DNA of 64,000 nucleotides from Rhynchobatus australiae (Eukaryota), in contig JAUZTB010000081.1 in the NCBI GenBank assembly GCA_034780895.1, positions 8,566,201 through 8,630,200 on the forward strand, read 5' to 3'. The notes under the pieces were generated by a model. It ran no database searches. It was given only the letters and a program-made list of their open reading frames with translations, and was not told the origin of the DNA. This document shows, piece after piece, positions 61,040 to 64,000 of this stretch (within the stretch, counting starts at the first letter, position 1; each line of letters starts with the position of its first letter). A program made the translations under genes and the position numbers.

Positions 61040-61700
61040 GGACAGCACGGAATCCTAGCCGCTTTCTCCCGTTGACATATGGGGCATTTCGATAGCCATA
61101 GACACAAAAAAAAATTCAAAACGAAAAGAAAATAACTTCAAAATCGACGCAGTTCTGAGTCGACAATCGATAGCCATACATATATAAATAACGTTTTAAA
61201 ATTTAAAACAAAAAAAACACAGGCATGGCTAAACATGATTTGACGTTTGTATCATGTGACTATAATCTCTGTTGCTATAGTAACCACTGCCAGAATAATG
61301 TTGGAGGAAGTGATTGTACCGGTTTATGTTGTTCTGTGTATATATTTAACAAGGAGAAAACAAAAGCGTTAATTTTTCAGGTCTTTGATTTATCCATTTT
61401 AAATGCCGACTTTGTAATTAATCCCCCTCCTAACCCCATAAAATCAAAATATTTATACGTATATAAATGTGTATATATGTTGAATTTTTTCTCCCCACAC
61501 GTGTAATTAAGAGAATGTTGTTTGTATTGTAAATAACAACGATATGTACTGTACATAGTTTAACATATATTCCTGGTTGCCGTGACACCAGGGATGCTAT
61601 CTGATGCTTCTATTGTTGTGTTGTATGGGGGTGTGGTGACAGAATGACCTTTAATAAAGCAAAAACTTAACCTTTTACTCTCTCTGTCTTGCAGTCGTGG
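61040..61700 (+). terminator. mRNA-like 3' terminus with poly(A) signal
   Basis: AU-rich block free of recognisable repeats; four TGTAHATA motifs; AATAAA 61653-61658 followed by a U/GU-rich downstream element. Confidence 0.65.
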
Positions 61701-61704
61701 TCTT

Positions 61705-62150
61705 TCTAGCTGTAATTCACTCCCAGGTATCCATTTTACTATATTTAAACAATCTGAACCCCTTGATTAGATTTTGGTCTGTAATTCACGTCCATTATTC
61801 CATATACAAGTCATCTGAACCCCTTGATTAGATGTTGGTCTGCTATTCACTCCCTTGATTAGATTCCAACCTAATTTACTCCTGGGTTTCCATTATTCTA
61901 TATATAAACCACCCCAAACCACCCACCCCAATTAGATTCATGCCTATAACTCATTCCTGAGTCTCCTTATTTTCTATATAAGCATTGAACTCTTCAATGC
62001 GATTCCAGCCTGAAAACTCTCTCCCATAAAAGCCATCTGAATCCCAAGATTAGATTGTAGCTTGTAATTTGCTCCGTTTCCATTATTTTAATCATAAGCT
62101 CTCCAAGCCATTGATTGGATTCCAGCCTGTAACAGACTTCCAAGGATCTG
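61705..62150 (+). repeat. Degenerate tandem repeat (about 60-75 bp unit)
   Basis: ctgtaattcac...tccattatt..atata...tctgaaccccttgattagatt..ggt recurs about 6 times. Confidence 0.8.
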
Positions 62151-62219
62151 ATATTTGATGAATAAACCAAGTGAACATCACAATTAAACTTGTAACTTAC
62201 TTCCACTAATCAATTATTC

Positions 62220-62930
62220 TTTATAGGGACAAGAGGATGCCATTCAGAAGCCTATACTGCCATTCAACAAGGTCATGACTCATCTGTAACTCCTTGGTTC
62301 CATATTCATTAATCTCCTTGGTTAGGAAAACAATTGATCTTATGTTTAAATTATTAATTGACCTGGCATCTTCAGTTTTTTGTGTGAGAAGTGCTTCTTT
62401 CCTAAATGCCCTGGCTCTGATTTTAAGATTTAGTCACCTTGCCCTCATTCCCAGTGACAGAACTAGTTTCTCCTGACCTAACAAAATCATAAAATCTTAA
62501 CCCTTGGAACGTTGATAACATCCTGCATTCCTTTAGTGCAGAAGTGTACACAGTACCCCAGGCATGGTCCAGACTTTAGCAAAATTTCCTCCCCTTCGTA
62601 TTAGATCTGCCTAATTATAAAGTCCAATGCACCGTTGTATCTGAGTGGTACATTACAAAGAGAACACCAAGATCTCTTTGGTCCTCCACTGTGCCAAGTT
62701 TTTCACTACGGTTGTGCAAAATGGTTGATCCCATCCTTACCTTTCTTGAAGTTCATCTCCCACTGCTTTGCGCACTCGTATCAATGTCTCTGTGACTTTT
62801 TTTCTTCCAACTACACCACTTGCTGTACCTCCAATCTTTGTGTCACTGGCAAACATGGATATATGGCTCTTTATTGTCTTATCTAAGTCATTAATATAAA
62901 TGATAGTTCAGGCCCTAGCCTGGTGAGGCA
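62220..62930 (-). mobile_element. Decayed CR1 LINE fragment
   Basis: gccattcaacaaggtcatgactcatct, cctaaatgccctggctctgatttt, and tttgtgtcactggcaaac (antisense FADDTK-like motif). Confidence 0.65.
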
Positions 62931-63904
62931 AAACCAGTCCCTTCTGTGCAATTCTAGCACATCCCTCTTCTACAACCTAGCCATTGCCAACCTAAACGTT
63001 CATATTGCACGTGCTTTATTTAAGCTTACAACTTCTAAAGCGGAGCTTTAGTGAATGCCACCTTCTTTGCATCACTAAAGAATGGATTTCTTGTGCGTTC
63101 AGACAGAGGAACAGCAGATAAAATTTAACACCGCTAAATGTGAAGCAGTCGGTGGAGAAAGGATGCGTCATTATCTGGAGTGAACAGAACTGCATTAGCG
63201 TAGCAAGACTTAGAACAGGATCTGACACTAATGGTTGACTCATCACTGTCAATGGCTTAAACAATGCAGCAAGGTGCTCTCATAAAACAACAAAAATAAA
63301 CCCTTCTGATCTATATCAGAAAATAGAAGCACTAATGAAGGTGCAAATGAGTTTACAATGGTGATACCGGAAATGAGACTCATAGCTGTCAGGAAAGCCA
63401 ATACAAGCTGAGGCTTCTTATTCTAAATGGGAGTAAGCTGAGGAGTGATCTGATCATGATTTTTATAATATTGATGTTTGTCGGGGCGGATGAAGGAAGA
63501 TATTTTGTTGTGAGGAAGGTGGGACTTGCTGGATGGGGCAGGCGGGGAAGAAAGGGTACAGGAGTTGTGGAATGCAATAACAGGGACCATGAATATGAAT
63601 ATGGCCATTGGTAAGTCCTGTAAGGAAATGACTACCTCATTGAGGCAAGTAACATGGACGCCTTTAAAGGAACCCACTTGAGGGCTGATTAAAAGGTTGT
63701 GCTGATAGTTTGGATGAAATGAAATGGGAAGCAAGAATANNNNNNNNNNAATATTCAAGGAGAGGTCATCAAAAGAACAAAGCTATCTAAGTGGTAAGAA
63801 AGATAGATACCAGTCATTAGATATCTAGATTTTAGAGTCATTGTGATTCATTTGGGCCATAGTGTCAGCGATGACAAAGTACAAGTACTTTTCTGAAGTT
63901 CTAC

Positions 63905-64000
63905 TCCAGGATACGATTCCTACTCCCCAGACCTGAGGTACAAGATTCAGGCTGTTACTCCAGTGCCGTGCTGAAGAAGTTCTGTGCTGTCAGAGGTGCT
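63905..64000 (+). mobile_element. Deu-domain SINE 5' part, truncated by the window end
   Basis: actccagtgccgtgctgaag..gttctgtgctgtcagaggtgc resembles the reverse complement of the 18220-18290 segment. Confidence 0.5.

Noticed and set aside
60212-61050. Similar motifs gcagaggtagatggacagc and gcagaggtggaaggacagc, REST half-site-like
   Set aside because: Lack the TCAGCACC left half of RE1; short similarity compatible with chance

Overview
Eukaryotic vertebrate DNA, about 41% GC by eye, from a gapped draft assembly with many N runs (several flanked by duplicated sequence). The repeat content points to a cartilaginous fish, probably a batoid (inference): HE1-type V-SINEs, Deu-domain SINEs, CR1/L2/Rex LINE fragments, Penelope-type terminal repeats and a 67-bp satellite. 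The only recognisable protein-coding sequence is a terminal exon at 16993-17163 (+), ERQLSTMGATNSRLMSTLTHMKDRCSETQLNGVTSSHPPPRLQITENGEFRNASGH*. It matches the C-terminus of SYNGAP1 (alpha2-type; RasGAP family with DAB2IP and RASAL2). I could not find the preceding exons. The rest of the window holds a CpG-island promoter-like region at about 9-10.7 kb, decayed transposons, a 6-kb satellite field, and a possible non-coding transcription unit at about 55.6-61.7 kb ending in a Pumilio-site-rich poly(A) terminus. The most interesting leads are: a PDZ-ligand-less precursor of the SynGAP alpha1 overlapping frame; a possible internal-promoter, myristoylated micropeptide from the SYNGAP1 tail; a circularly permuted local duplication; and a palindrome carrying two hammerhead-ribozyme-like relics. 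Nearly all entries in the supplied ORF track are spurious. Family assignments and reference sequences come from memory and were not database-verified; repeat boundaries are approximate.
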